From Theionarchaea archaeon (GTDB lineage Archaea; Methanobacteriota_B; Thermococci; Methanofastidiosales; SZ-28-30): a stretch of 64,000 nucleotides of DNA. The position numbers and the translations under genes are program-made. The notes under the pieces were generated by a model, which saw nothing but the letters and a program-made list of their open reading frames with translations, was not told the DNA's origin and did no database searches. The DNA lies in NCBI GenBank assembly GCA_018992685.1, contig JACVGT010000014.1, positions 67,349 through 131,348 on the forward strand. The letters are read 5' to 3'. Every line of letters starts with the position of its first letter. Within the stretch, counting starts at the first letter, position 1. Shown here in pieces: positions 1-9,982 of the stretch.

Positions 1-420
1 AAAAGAAGGAAGTCTGATCTTGACTGTGGTATCCAGATGGGGTACTTTGTATTTTTCCCCACCAATAACGTCGATCAAGGGCAGTTCAAATCGACGGACT
101 GTCTCTCCGTCTGCCCTTTGAAAGGTGAGAGTCATTCTGGTTTCATTTGCTTCCACCGTAAGAACGTCATCTGGTCGTGAACGATTGATGATTTTTCTGT
201 TCTCATCCACATCCAGTCCCAGAGAAGTCTCTTCGGTGACTTCATATTCTTCAAAATGCTCCTTCCCCATATGAAAGTCCACCATGCTGATGTGGGAGGG
301 GTCCATAGCAGTGAATTTGATGCCCTCTGGCGCAGCCTCAATGGATACTTCCTCTATGATGCTGGCCAGAGCATTGATTATCTTTTTCCACGTTTTGGCT
401 TCCAGTTTTGCGCGAAACAT
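1..420 (-). CDS. pcn: PCNA, DNA polymerase sliding clamp (3' end runs off the left edge)
   Basis: Not in the ORF track. Manual translation from ATG 420 gives MFRAKLEAKTWKKIINALASIIEEVSIEAAPEGIKFTAMDPSHISMVDF..., with the PCNA AMDPSH motif and later RRFELPLID; AAACCTTTAAATA BRE/TATA upstream. Confidence 0.93.
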   Translation of the reverse strand, partial: MFRAKLEAKTWKKIINALASIIEEVSIEAAPEGIKFTAMDPSHISMVDFHMGKEHFEEYEVTEETSLGLDVDENRKIINRSRPDDVLTVEANETRMTLTFQRADGETVRRFELPLIDVIGGEKYKVPHLDTTVKIRLPSF

Positions 421-701
421 TCCACCACCAATTGAGTCAGAGAGGGTTTTGTGTTATTTAAAGGTTTGTACTGCGAGATGTCCTCTCGGGCGCTGTGTCA
501 GGCAACCTCTGATTCTGGGGAACATTAACAGTGCAGAAGCGCTTGGGAAGGTGACTCAGGAGAGTTCATCGAATAAGCCACGGAACCATCATAACCGTAG
601 TGGTTCTTCAGGGACAGAAGGCCGGACATGCAGCCACAGCACAGGTGAAAAAAGTGCATTCGAAAGGACGCGTCTCGACGCCTCTGACTCCACGTGCAGC
701 T

Positions 702-2204
702 CTATAATGGTTCAATGGTCTGAGGGGGTTTGTGAGACACAAAATAGGCGACTGACACTACCTCTGGAATTTCATTTGTTATTCTGGTGGACATTCTCTC
801 CAGTACATCCCAATCAACCTTCACAAAGTTGGCAGTCATGGCATCTAGCGATTGTACAATCCTTATGCCCACAACATTTCCCAGGTTTCGTTCATCTCCC
901 ACTACACCCACGACCTTGTCCTCAAACAGAACAGCAAATCCCTGCCATACCTCATTATAGAGTCCTGCGGCCTTCAATTCATCTTCCACAATTGTGCAGG
1001 CCTTCCTGCAGATGATAATAGACTGATCATTGACTTCTCCCAGCACTCTCACAGCCAGACCTGGACCCGGAAAAGGGTGCTTCCTCAGGATGTCATCTGG
1101 CAGTCCCAGTGTTTTTCCCACTTCACGGACTTCGTCCTTGTACAGGTCCTGCAGGGGCTCCACCACCTGTTCAAATTCCATGACCTCAGGCAGTGCTCCC
1201 ACATTGTGGTGGGACTTGATGACATCAGCATGCTGCGTGATACCACTTTCGATCCTGTCAGGATAGATGGTCCCCTGTACCAGCGTGGTTGCCTTCACTT
1301 TACGAGCCTCTTCCTCAAATATTCGAATAAACTCCTCTCCAATTACTCTTCGTTTCTCTTCAGGATCGAGAACCCCTTTCAATTTTGAGAAGAACCTGTC
1401 CTTTGCAGATATGACTTCCAACGTTACCTTTCCTTCAAACCACGTTCTTACCTGCTCTACTTCACCTGCAGGAAGCAGCCCGTGATCCACAAAAACTGCT
1501 GTTAACCGTGTACCTATGGCTCTACTCACCAGAGTGGCAGCGACACTGGAATCAACACCTCCACTCAGCCCGATAACTGCATTCCCTGGAATCTTCTCTC
1601 GTAGCTCTGCCACAGTCTGCCTGGTGAAATCTTCCAGATGCCAGTCTCTCGTTGCACCTGCAATTTCCAGAAAATTCGACAACATTTTCATTCCATTTTC
1701 TGTGTGGTGAACCTCAGGGTGCCACTGGACTGCATACATGGTATTACAGCGGAAGGCCGCAAACTCACTGTTCTCCGTGGATGCAATCCTTGAGAATCCA
1801 GGTGGTAGTGCTTCCACCCTATCTCCATGGCTCATCCAGACTTTCTGCGTTATGTCCAGCTCCTTGAAAAGAGGATCATCTACGACAAACGCATCAGCTG
1901 TGCCGTATTCTCTCTCTTTTCCTTTTACTACCTTCCCTCCAAAGTGCTGGGCAATTAAATGCAGACCATAGCAAATCCCCAGGGTTGGAATCTTCTCGGC
2001 GAACAGCCAATCTAAAAGTGCATCATTCCGGGGTGCATTCTCGCGATACACACTGGAAGGTCCTCCAGAAAGGATAACTGCCTCCACATCAGTGTCTGCA
2101 ACATCCTGGTAGAATGGGAATATCTCTGAATACACATTGAGCTGACGAATCCGCCTGGCAATCAGGTGGGTGTACTGGCTGCCAAAGTCCATCACGGCGA
2201 GCAT
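702..2204 (-). CDS. guaA: GMP synthase (glutamine-hydrolysing), single-chain GATase+ATPPase
   Basis: MDFGSQYTHLIARRIR, GICYG, QWHPEV, SGGVDSS, IKSHHNV and HPFPGPGLAVR motifs; start trimmed to MLAVMDFG. Confidence 0.96.
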   Translation of the reverse strand: MLAVMDFGSQYTHLIARRIRQLNVYSEIFPFYQDVADTDVEAVILSGGPSSVYRENAPRNDALLDWLFAEKIPTLGICYGLHLIAQHFGGKVVKGKEREYGTADAFVVDDPLFKELDITQKVWMSHGDRVEALPPGFSRIASTENSEFAAFRCNTMYAVQWHPEVHHTENGMKMLSNFLEIAGATRDWHLEDFTRQTVAELREKIPGNAVIGLSGGVDSSVAATLVSRAIGTRLTAVFVDHGLLPAGEVEQVRTWFEGKVTLEVISAKDRFFSKLKGVLDPEEKRRVIGEEFIRIFEEEARKVKATTLVQGTIYPDRIESGITQHADVIKSHHNVGALPEVMEFEQVVEPLQDLYKDEVREVGKTLGLPDDILRKHPFPGPGLAVRVLGEVNDQSIIICRKACTIVEDELKAAGLYNEVWQGFAVLFEDKVVGVVGDERNLGNVVGIRIVQSLDAMTANFVKVDWDVLERMSTRITNEIPEVVSVAYFVSHKPPQTIEPL

Positions 2205-2256
2205 ATATCCATCAATAAGGAGAAAGCTTATAAAGATAATTGACATGCTTGTGGTT

Positions 2257-2955
2257 ATGAACATGGTGGAGAGCATGAAGTTGAGGATACGTTCTGTAGA
2301 GTATCTGCAGATGCTCAAGAGAAAGTTCACCTATTCTCAGCTGGGTGAGATGTTTGAGCTGCCTGCCACTGTCCTCAACCGGTACATCATGGGCAGGGTC
2401 CTTCCCAATGAAGAGAGAGCAAGAGAATTCATTGCCCACTTTAGAGAGTACTACAACCTGGAGCAGGAGATACGAGACAGGATCCACTGTGATCGCGAAG
2501 GATATTTTGACAATTCCCCTATTCTGTATGACACGCTTCTACTCTTGGAAATTGCAGATCAGGTGGCAGAACGATTCCAGGAAACAGAGAAGATTTTGAC
2601 CTCTGAGACAGATGGAATCCCGGTAGCGTGCAGCATTGCAGCTCGTCTTGGAGTTGATGCTGTCTATGCCAGAAAGAACAGAGAAGTGGGGGTCACTGAT
2701 TATGTTGAGGAGACCTATGTACCCAGTTCCTCAGGAAACCTCATGTCCCTGTATCTTCCCAAGAATGCAATTCAGAAGAATGAAAAAGTTCTCATAGTCG
2801 ACGACGTCCTGAGATCAGGAGAAACCCAGAGAGCCCTGATTAACCTGGCGGAAAAAAGTGGAGCTTCTATTTATGGGATTTTCATGGTTATCAGTGTGGG
2901 TGATGCAGATCTCGTGAAGGGTGAGAGTTTCTTCTCTTTGGTTACCCTTCAGTAG
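2257..2955 (+). CDS. HTH + purine phosphoribosyltransferase domain protein (archaeal PurR/Apt-like)
   Basis: N-terminal HTH (TYSQLGEMFELPATVLNRY), PRPP-binding VLIVDDVLRSGET; divergent from guaA. Confidence 0.85.
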   Translation: MNMVESMKLRIRSVEYLQMLKRKFTYSQLGEMFELPATVLNRYIMGRVLPNEERAREFIAHFREYYNLEQEIRDRIHCDREGYFDNSPILYDTLLLLEIADQVAERFQETEKILTSETDGIPVACSIAARLGVDAVYARKNREVGVTDYVEETYVPSSSGNLMSLYLPKNAIQKNEKVLIVDDVLRSGETQRALINLAEKSGASIYGIFMVISVGDADLVKGESFFSLVTLQ

Positions 2956-3142
2956 GGAATGCAAAGGTCATGCTGCCAGGTTGTATCTCTTTCTATCAGG
3001 TGTCTCAGTCATCCTCTTGGACACACATGCACCTGTTCTGGCAATCTATTAGAAGGAAAATCTGCTACCATTTACAAATGTAAGCCCTTGTATGGTTCTG
3101 ATCATGCAAAAATATATATGTTCTATTCAGAAGAAGGTAGTA

Positions 3143-3592
3143 ATGTATAAGAAGATTCTAATTGCCACAGATGGATCTGAACACTCGGAGAGAGCTGAGG
3201 CCCATGGATTGATGCTCGCCAAGAGATCTGGTGCACTGGTGACTGCATTGTACGTCGTGGAAGTGGTGCATCCTGCGCGATCCATTGGCGGTCCTCCTTC
3301 GTTGCTCCTTGAAGAGCAGAAAGAAGGGCTCATGGAAGAGGGTAAGAAAATAGTGGACAGAGTTGTGCAGAAGGGAAAAGACATGGGGGTCGAGGTGCAT
3401 CCCATGGTTGAGGAGGGGCACCCCGCCCAGGAGATTATCGATCACGCCGCGGACTATGACCTGGTGGTCGTGGGCACACTGGGGAGGACGGGACTATCTC
3501 ATCTGTTACTGGGGAGTGTTGCTGAGAGAGTGGTGAGACATGCACCTGCACCCGTTTTGGTGGTGAGAACTCGAAAAGATGAACCAGGCTGA
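3143..3592 (+). CDS. Universal stress protein (UspA family)
   Basis: KKILIATDGS and GTLGRTGLSHLLLGSVAERVVRHAPAPVLVV. Confidence 0.95.
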   Translation: MYKKILIATDGSEHSERAEAHGLMLAKRSGALVTALYVVEVVHPARSIGGPPSLLLEEQKEGLMEEGKKIVDRVVQKGKDMGVEVHPMVEEGHPAQEIIDHAADYDLVVVGTLGRTGLSHLLLGSVAERVVRHAPAPVLVVRTRKDEPG

Positions 3593-3779
3593 ACTCTCCG
3601 GATTCTCCCGTCTTTCTGTCCCTTTACAGCTGGCAGCTTCCACGTTGATAATGGGAATCATCGGAATGAAGGTGGGGAGATGGATATACGGGGATTTTGG
3701 GGGGGCCCTGGGATTGATGATTGGACTAATCGCAGGGTTCTTCATCTACATTGCGGTAATTGTAAAGAGAGAACAGTAG
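3579..3779 (+). CDS. Small two-TM membrane protein (AtpZ/AtpI-like pattern)
   Basis: Two hydrophobic segments around GRWIYGDFG; overlaps the usp stop. Confidence 0.5.
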   Translation: MNQAELSGFSRLSVPLQLAASTLIMGIIGMKVGRWIYGDFGGALGLMIGLIAGFFIYIAVIVKREQ

Positions 3780-3809
3780 GTTTTTATGCTCGAAGGAATA
3801 GGTACCACC

Positions 3810-4064
3810 ATGAAGAACTGTCCTCACTGCGCAGCTTCAAACTCCGAAAAGGCTGGTTTCTGCTGGAGATGCTACAAACCACTGGATTCTTTCAGCTATG
3901 AAGGATTCATATCCCTGCGGCAGAGAATCAGAGAGAAAGTGCGGGATATTGTACAGTATAGGGATATTCGAGAGCTCCTGAGAGAGAAGATCAAACTGCT
4001 GGCAGAGAGGGAGAGTGAGGAACGGGGTGAGCTGCTTACTGAAGGACTGCCAAGGAGTCGGTGA
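3810..4064 (+). CDS. Zinc-ribbon protein
   Basis: CPHC...FCWRC followed by a charged helical tail. Confidence 0.65.
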   Translation: MKNCPHCAASNSEKAGFCWRCYKPLDSFSYEGFISLRQRIREKVRDIVQYRDIRELLREKIKLLAERESEERGELLTEGLPRSR

Positions 4065-4160
4065 GAGAGGACACGTTCATACCACGAGTGTGACAGCTTC
4101 GCGGTGGACAATCTACGGGAAAGGGAAAAGCTTTTCTTATCTTCATTCTGAGGAAGGGTC

Positions 4161-4892
4161 ATGGGTTATGAAGCATCCGCACAGTACTATGATCTTTTTG
4201 GAGAAAAACCAGATCTAGAATATTATAAACAGCTGGCAGAGAAAGCTGGAAAAGCTCTCGAGATAGGGGTTGGAACCGGGCGGGTAGCTCTGGAACTGGC
4301 GAAGGTGGGTGTTGAGGTATGGGGGATTGATAATTCCCCGGCAATGCTGAAAATCGCAGAGGCCAAAATCAAAGAATTGCCAACCCATGCACAGGATAAG
4401 ATCAAGCTTGTGCAGGCTGACATGATTTCATTTGATCTTTGTCGAAAGTTTCCACTGGCGTATATGCCATCTTCCACATTGAGCCACTGCATCACCACGG
4501 AAGATCAGGTGAAAGCACTCCGCTGCGTCCATGATCACCTGCAAGAAGACGGGATCTTTGCATTTGACATATTGCTTCCATCCTCCAGGTTCGATGGCGC
4601 TCTCAGACCTGCTGGAAGGCAGCCAATGGGAGACCGGACTGTCATGCGGTGGATTTCCAATCGTTCAGATCCTGCAAGTCAGGTACTACATACGATTCTG
4701 ATCTTTGAAGTGTACGAGAACAACATTCTGATAGAAAAGGTCATGGAATCTTCTACGGTGAGCCTCATCACCAGACGAGAAGTCGAGCTCCTCCTGGAGA
4801 AAGCCAACTTTGAAATTGAAACCCAGTTCGGTGACTTCTCCTACTCTGAGAATATCACTGATCTTCTGGTTATACAGGCACGAAAACCCTAA
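4161..4892 (+). CDS. Class I SAM-dependent methyltransferase
   Basis: LEIGVGTGRV motif I, GIDNS, QADM. Confidence 0.92.
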   Translation: MGYEASAQYYDLFGEKPDLEYYKQLAEKAGKALEIGVGTGRVALELAKVGVEVWGIDNSPAMLKIAEAKIKELPTHAQDKIKLVQADMISFDLCRKFPLAYMPSSTLSHCITTEDQVKALRCVHDHLQEDGIFAFDILLPSSRFDGALRPAGRQPMGDRTVMRWISNRSDPASQVLHTILIFEVYENNILIEKVMESSTVSLITRREVELLLEKANFEIETQFGDFSYSENITDLLVIQARKP

Positions 4893-4923
4893 ACCTTTTT
4901 ATTCTCCCCACAGTGGTAGTCGC

Positions 4924-5862
4924 ATGATCTGGGACATCACCATTATCGCTCTTGGATTCTTCTTTCTGTGGAAGGGCAGCGAGTACTTTGTGACGGCGGC
5001 TGCAGAAATTGCCAGGCGTATAGGGGTCTCTGATTTAGTCATCGGCCTAACTCTGGTATCGGCCAGTACCACGTTGCCTGAATTCATGGCCTCTGTCATG
5101 GCGTCCCATCTCGGATCTGGCGGAATATGTGTTGGGAATGCAGTCGGCAGCAACATAACAAATATCGCTCTCATTCTGGGAATCTGCATGATACTTGAAG
5201 GATACCGGGTGGAACCTGTGGTATTGAAAAGGTATGGTGCTGTCCTCTTACTGGTGTGCTGTCTGTTTGTAGTTTTCTGTCTGGGTGGTGTGTCCCGTCT
5301 GGAAGGGGGTCTCCTCTTAACATTATTCTTTGTATATTTGTTTGTGTTGAGCAGGGAGAAGCATACGAGACGAGAAATGGTGGAAGTATCCATTGAGTTG
5401 AGGGATATCCACAGGGAACCAGTGTGGAAGATACTGGTGAAATTTGTGGGAGGAGGTGCTGCTATCTTCATAGGAGCACGGTATCTGGTCCAGTCAGCTC
5501 TGAACATTGCTGCTGCGTTGCAGGTACAGGAATCAGCCATCGGGGCTACTATTGTGGCATTGGGGACATCATTGCCCGAATTCGCAGTAGCACTGAGAGC
5601 TTTGAAGGAGGATTTTGAGGAGATATCAGTAGGGAATATTCTAGGTGCCAACACGTTCAATATATTGTGGGTTGTTGGGGTTTCTGCATTGGTGAGACCT
5701 TTGGCCCTGGACAGCAACCTACTGTACTTCAATATACCCATGATGATGGGAGTTACCCTGCTCCTTCTAGGATTCATGAGCAGGGGGTATCAGTTGAGGA
5801 GATGGCAGGGCATGTTGTTCGTAGGATTGTATTTGCTGTTTGTGATAACTAATTTTGTGTGA
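4924..5862 (+). CDS. Ca2+/Na+ antiporter (CaCA family)
   Basis: Two alpha repeats STTLPE/GSNITN and GTSLPE/GANTFN; about 10 TM segments. Confidence 0.93.
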   Translation: MIWDITIIALGFFFLWKGSEYFVTAAAEIARRIGVSDLVIGLTLVSASTTLPEFMASVMASHLGSGGICVGNAVGSNITNIALILGICMILEGYRVEPVVLKRYGAVLLLVCCLFVVFCLGGVSRLEGGLLLTLFFVYLFVLSREKHTRREMVEVSIELRDIHREPVWKILVKFVGGGAAIFIGARYLVQSALNIAAALQVQESAIGATIVALGTSLPEFAVALRALKEDFEEISVGNILGANTFNILWVVGVSALVRPLALDSNLLYFNIPMMMGVTLLLLGFMSRGYQLRRWQGMLFVGLYLLFVITNFV

Positions 5863-6078
5863 GAAGCTGGGACAACCAGGACCTGCTGACGGTGGGAGTG
5901 GTGCAGAGCTTCTGTTGACAGAAGTACCAGTGGTTTTTTGAAGGTGAGAACACTGAATTTATGGCGGAGGACACTATAGATGGGCTGTATGCAGTACCTC
6001 TCTTGAGAGATTTCAGGTGGTCGTTGATGGATCACGGTAGAACCTCTACGTTTAAAAAGAGATGTCCCATGACTATGC

Positions 6079-6912
6079 ATGGATATTTGGGAAGCTTCTG
6101 AATACGCATGTATCATTGAGGCAGGAACCTTCAAACCCGGAAACGTGCATTCGAGACGAGAAGAGTTTCTGGATTTTGTGATGAGTGCTCTCCTGCTGGG
6201 AAAGAGCATTCGAAACATGCTGAGCCAGAATGAGATACACATGGGAAAATTCATTAGGGAAGCAGTAATGGAAAGGTCAAGAGTGGTGCCTTCGAATACG
6301 AATTTGGGAATTATCCTGCTTCATATTCCACTTGCGGTGGCAGCTTCGGTAAATCGAAAAAACATGCAACAGGCTCTGGATACACTAGTTCGTACCGCTA
6401 CAGTAGGGGATGCTGAGCATGTGGCCGAGGCTCTCAGGATTTCAAACGCACGCCTGGGAACTCCTTTGGAGGGTCCTGACATGAGGAATGAACAGGTTGC
6501 TGTTGAAATCCACAAGAAGGGGCTGACTTTGCCTGATTTGTTTTTGCTGTCTTCCTCCTGGGATATGATAGCATCGGAGTGGGTAACAGGGTTTCCAATC
6601 ACCTTTTCATGCGCAAAGAGGTTGGTGGAGGGTGATTCTGTCCTCAGTGTGTACATGGACATACTCTGTAACTACCCTGACTCACTCGTACAGCGGAAAT
6701 TCGGGAAAGAAGTGGCAGAAAGAATCAGGTCAGACGCAGCGAACATGCGTTCTGTTGAGGACATGAAGGAATGGGATGCATTGCTACACACTGAGGGGAT
6801 CAATCCTGGGACGACAGCAGATCTGGTGGCATCCAGTATTTTTGTTGCTCTCCTGGATGACGAGAGTCTGCTCCAGAGGTTGGTGAAAGACACCCGTTCT
6901 TATCAGCACTAG
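6079..6912 (+). CDS. citG: Triphosphoribosyl-dephospho-CoA synthase-like protein (CitG family)
   Basis: KPGNVH, NTNLGIILL, PDSLVQRKFG, INPGTTADLV motifs. Confidence 0.88.
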   Translation: MDIWEASEYACIIEAGTFKPGNVHSRREEFLDFVMSALLLGKSIRNMLSQNEIHMGKFIREAVMERSRVVPSNTNLGIILLHIPLAVAASVNRKNMQQALDTLVRTATVGDAEHVAEALRISNARLGTPLEGPDMRNEQVAVEIHKKGLTLPDLFLLSSSWDMIASEWVTGFPITFSCAKRLVEGDSVLSVYMDILCNYPDSLVQRKFGKEVAERIRSDAANMRSVEDMKEWDALLHTEGINPGTTADLVASSIFVALLDDESLLQRLVKDTRSYQH

Positions 6913-7076
6913 GGAAAGGCTGAAAACACGAGATACTGGAAATAGAAAACTCCAGGGGATTCCTATATGGATGATTTATCGATAATGAAATACTGAAAAG
7001 AGATCTTGCAGGAAAAGATGGATAGATGACTTAACAGGCAGAAGAATATTCATTCGGAGCTGAAACTGCAGGAGCA

Positions 7077-7090
7077 AAACCTTATATATA
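7077..7090 (+). promoter_or_regulatory. Archaeal BRE/TATA promoter of the tRNA gene
   Basis: AAACCTTATATATA about 25 nt upstream of the tRNA 5' end. Confidence 0.7.
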
Positions 7091-7111
7091 TCATGTCAGA
7101 GGAAACATCAT

Positions 7112-7218
7112 GCCGGGGTGGCTTAGCCTGGTTATAGCGCTCGGCTCATAAGCTCAATGAAATTGGATTCATCACCTGAGACACCGAGAGGTCGCGGGTT
7201 CGGATCCCGCCCCCGGCA
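7112..7218 (+). tRNA. tRNA-Met(CAT), elongator type, with a 32-nt intron at 37/38 (7151-7182)
   Basis: Acceptor stem GCCGGGG/CCCCGGC, anticodon stem CTCGG/CCGAG, CAT at 7147-7149, T arm GCGGG-TTCGGAT-CCCGC; bulge-helix-bulge with CTCA/TGAG central helix and TAA/ACA bulges. Confidence 0.93.
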
Positions 7219-7454
7219 TCATATGACTTGTTCCGATCTCTAACTTTCCATTTCTTCCTAATCTCATAAGATTGCTGTTTTTAGGAATCTTTCATTTCAG
7301 TTGTTTTCAACGCCTTGAGGAGACCTTGCTCGCCTGTATCACATTCAAATGATCTTCGTAGCCAGTCACAGTCTGATTTGACCAAAGGTGGTTTTAGAGA
7401 CTCCCATCACTGTTTGATCAGAGACATCATAATAATCTAAGATTATCGCTCTCT

Positions 7455-7901
7455 TCATCCGACAATGACCGTCCCATCTTCTTGTATCTCGATGTCCTGT
7501 CCATTCTCCACGCGATCCAGAAACTCCCTGCCCAATTGATCTACAGTGACAATTCGCTTTTCTAGCCAAATTTCAGCTAGAATTATCCCAGATGCAGCAA
7601 GTGAATCAATGCCCTCTGAAAAAAGCATGGCTTTCGGCATAAGTCTTCTATTAGCTGCCGTCTCCAGCAACAGGCCTCCCGCAGTCGAACCGATAGTCCC
7701 AGGAAGACAGAGGATCTTGCCTGTCATCACTTTTTGATACAGCTCAGGATTGTCATGATCTCCACAGACTGCTTTTCCAGTCACGTTGAAGAGTAGACTG
7801 CTGCGAAAAGATGCCAGAATGTTGAAAGGACTATGCGTAACCAACGCTTCACCTTCAATATGTCCTGGAAGAACTGCCCTTCCCTGAAAAGTCTTGCTCA
7901 T
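7455..7901 (-). CDS. Aconitase X swivel subunit (DUF126)
   Basis: GEALVT, GKILCLPGTIGSTAG; overlaps the catalytic-subunit gene by 4 nt. Confidence 0.9.
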   Translation of the reverse strand: MSKTFQGRAVLPGHIEGEALVTHSPFNILASFRSSLLFNVTGKAVCGDHDNPELYQKVMTGKILCLPGTIGSTAGGLLLETAANRRLMPKAMLFSEGIDSLAASGIILAEIWLEKRIVTVDQLGREFLDRVENGQDIEIQEDGTVIVG

Positions 7902-9211
7902 TGTACTCCCCCTGGTACATTTCCGGTGGTAACTATCTTCAGAATGTCCTCGTCTATGAAAAACCTGGCTGAAGAATATCCACGCAATTTGCTGGAGTTG
8001 GTGATTACAGCAATTCTTGAGGACAGTGGGTTATTCATTTGTGCGAGAGGACAGACAGAGCTTAGATTGGCACCAACAGTCTTCATCTGCTCATGTTCTG
8101 TACTGTACTGTTTCTTGAACAGTTCCACAACATCGGGAGCAGCACACAAGACTGTGTCTACTGTGACTTTTGAATTCCTCACTTCATGTACGGCATTCTG
8201 TATCTGGTGTACCCACCAACGGACTTGTTGCAGGCTGAGATGTGGACAGCCAATGAAACAAAGCTGGGGTCTGGCATCTGCGTGTTTCCACTGCATTGGA
8301 TAGCTATGCATTACCCGTTCAAGTTCTGCATCATCGACAACATAGGTTTGATGATCCTTGATCAAGAGGTTCCGCTGAAGCTTCAAAGCTTCAGGAGTGA
8401 CATTTTCTACATGAAAAAGCCCCACTGCACCATTGGTTGCCGCAGCCGCTCCCATATCCTTCAAGTAATCTCTGGCGGTTTCTGAAAGTCCTCTGCCCAA
8501 AAAACGGTCCAGACCAATAATGAAAGGAGTACTTTCAGCAACACGTAATCCGATGGCGCTGCCCAACAACTGAGGATTCGGAAGGTTGGAGGTCTTCACA
8601 TCTACCAGCCAGGTGGCACGTCGTCCTTCGTCTGTCACTAACCCAAAGAATGGCACTTTGCCCACAATGTTACACAGCAAATCGATTCCAGCAGAATTGC
8701 GGTGAGTCCGCGCTCCTAACACTGAATTAACATAGACCACAGCTGAGGATTCAGACCACGCCGATATATCTCCTTCCTGTGGTGTGTTCCCGACTTCAGG
8801 TAGGTAACTGGTACAGGTGAACGCCCTGTCGTTCATCAGCCCTAACTGGATCAGTTTCTTCTCGTAGTCTCCCTGCCCAGCATACATGTACCTGAAGATA
8901 ATCTTCTGTAGTAGGCTGCATTTGACGTTCTTGAAATCCATGGGACGCGGATCTGTCGTAAAGGGTCTTGTTGTCTTGATTCCTGCTGCTATCAATTCAT
9001 CTACCATCTCAAAGTAAGGACCTAGTATACCAGAACTCGCAGAAAGAACCAGATGTGGGTTTGCATCAATCTTCACCAATTTTCGTGCTCCAAATGTTTC
9101 TCCATAGGCTATCACAGACTTCATTACCTTTCGCATGGTTTCTCCATGCAACCCATTCAAGACGTCCTGTTCGTCTTGGGTCAGTTCCATGGTGGAATGA
9201 TGTCTATTCAT
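7898..9211 (-). CDS. Aconitase X catalytic subunit (DUF521)
   Basis: TCTSY, WSESSAVVYVNSVLGART, GLFHVENVTPE, IGCPH, TNSSK motifs. Confidence 0.92.
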   Translation of the reverse strand: MNRHHSTMELTQDEQDVLNGLHGETMRKVMKSVIAYGETFGARKLVKIDANPHLVLSASSGILGPYFEMVDELIAAGIKTTRPFTTDPRPMDFKNVKCSLLQKIIFRYMYAGQGDYEKKLIQLGLMNDRAFTCTSYLPEVGNTPQEGDISAWSESSAVVYVNSVLGARTHRNSAGIDLLCNIVGKVPFFGLVTDEGRRATWLVDVKTSNLPNPQLLGSAIGLRVAESTPFIIGLDRFLGRGLSETARDYLKDMGAAAATNGAVGLFHVENVTPEALKLQRNLLIKDHQTYVVDDAELERVMHSYPMQWKHADARPQLCFIGCPHLSLQQVRWWVHQIQNAVHEVRNSKVTVDTVLCAAPDVVELFKKQYSTEHEQMKTVGANLSSVCPLAQMNNPLSSRIAVITNSSKLRGYSSARFFIDEDILKIVTTGNVPGGVQ

Positions 9212-9312
9212 GATCTTCCTCCCGATTGCTTTTCATCAACATACTACTACCGTGTTGAATTCTCATCAGCTATTATCTCAGTCAGGAACTTTCCCCTCCA
9301 TTTCTTCCTCAT

Positions 9313-9951
9313 CTAACTCTCTCTTGTGCGTGCTTTCGCAATCCTGAATATATCAGCTGACCTACCGGTAGCTCTACACTCAACCTCTTTCACCTCATGG
9401 TCATGACCTGTAATCCACCTCATGAGGTATCGGATCATTCCAGTGTAGACACCGCATACAGGTTCCTCTGAGGTTACTCCATCACTCTCGAACCGATCCT
9501 TGTGAATGAGGTAGAAGTAGTCGTCATCCTCTTTCAGTTCGATAATTGGTCCACTCACCGTTGATGTGAACCATTCGTTTCCTGTCTCTACCAACTTATT
9601 GAGAAGCAGATGCATTTTCGTTCTTTCTGGAGCAAGACGGGCCGCAATCAGTAAGGCTTTCACCAATCCTGAGCGACCTTCGATGCCGACACGGGCAAAT
9701 TCTCGACCAACTCGAAGGGAGAGAGTCCGAGAACCTTTTTTTCCAAATAAGTCATAGAGAGATAGAAATAGATCTCTCGCATCTTTCACTGGAATTTCTA
9801 ACAAATCGTTGTCTGGTGGAAAATTATCAATGTATCTCTCTAAATGAGCAAAGTTCAAAACTGATTTCAGTCCATTGGGTCCAATAGTATTCTCAACAGT
9901 CTGAAGCCAGCATCTCATCATGAAATTATCTGTCTTCTTTTCTTCTGCCAT
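9313..9951 (-). CDS. V4R (4-vinyl reductase) domain protein
   Basis: IGPNGLKSVLN, PPDN, PVC...VKEVECRATG; GGAGGTG RBS before MAEEKK. Confidence 0.85.
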   Translation of the reverse strand: MAEEKKTDNFMMRCWLQTVENTIGPNGLKSVLNFAHLERYIDNFPPDNDLLEIPVKDARDLFLSLYDLFGKKGSRTLSLRVGREFARVGIEGRSGLVKALLIAARLAPERTKMHLLLNKLVETGNEWFTSTVSGPIIELKEDDDYFYLIHKDRFESDGVTSEEPVCGVYTGMIRYLMRWITGHDHEVKEVECRATGRSADIFRIAKARTRES

Positions 9952-9982
9952 GGATCTGCACCTCCTAGTGTGATATGTATTT

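Noticed and set aside
284-1015. 243-aa plus-strand ORF and possible ncRNA in the pcn-guaA gap
   Set aside because: The ORF is antisense to pcn and guaA with no motif; no SRP or RNase P signature was recognisable in 421-701
4899-5777. Long antisense ORFs here and elsewhere (e.g. 38182-38805, 40337-40864)
   Set aside because: Shadows of well-supported genes on the opposite strand
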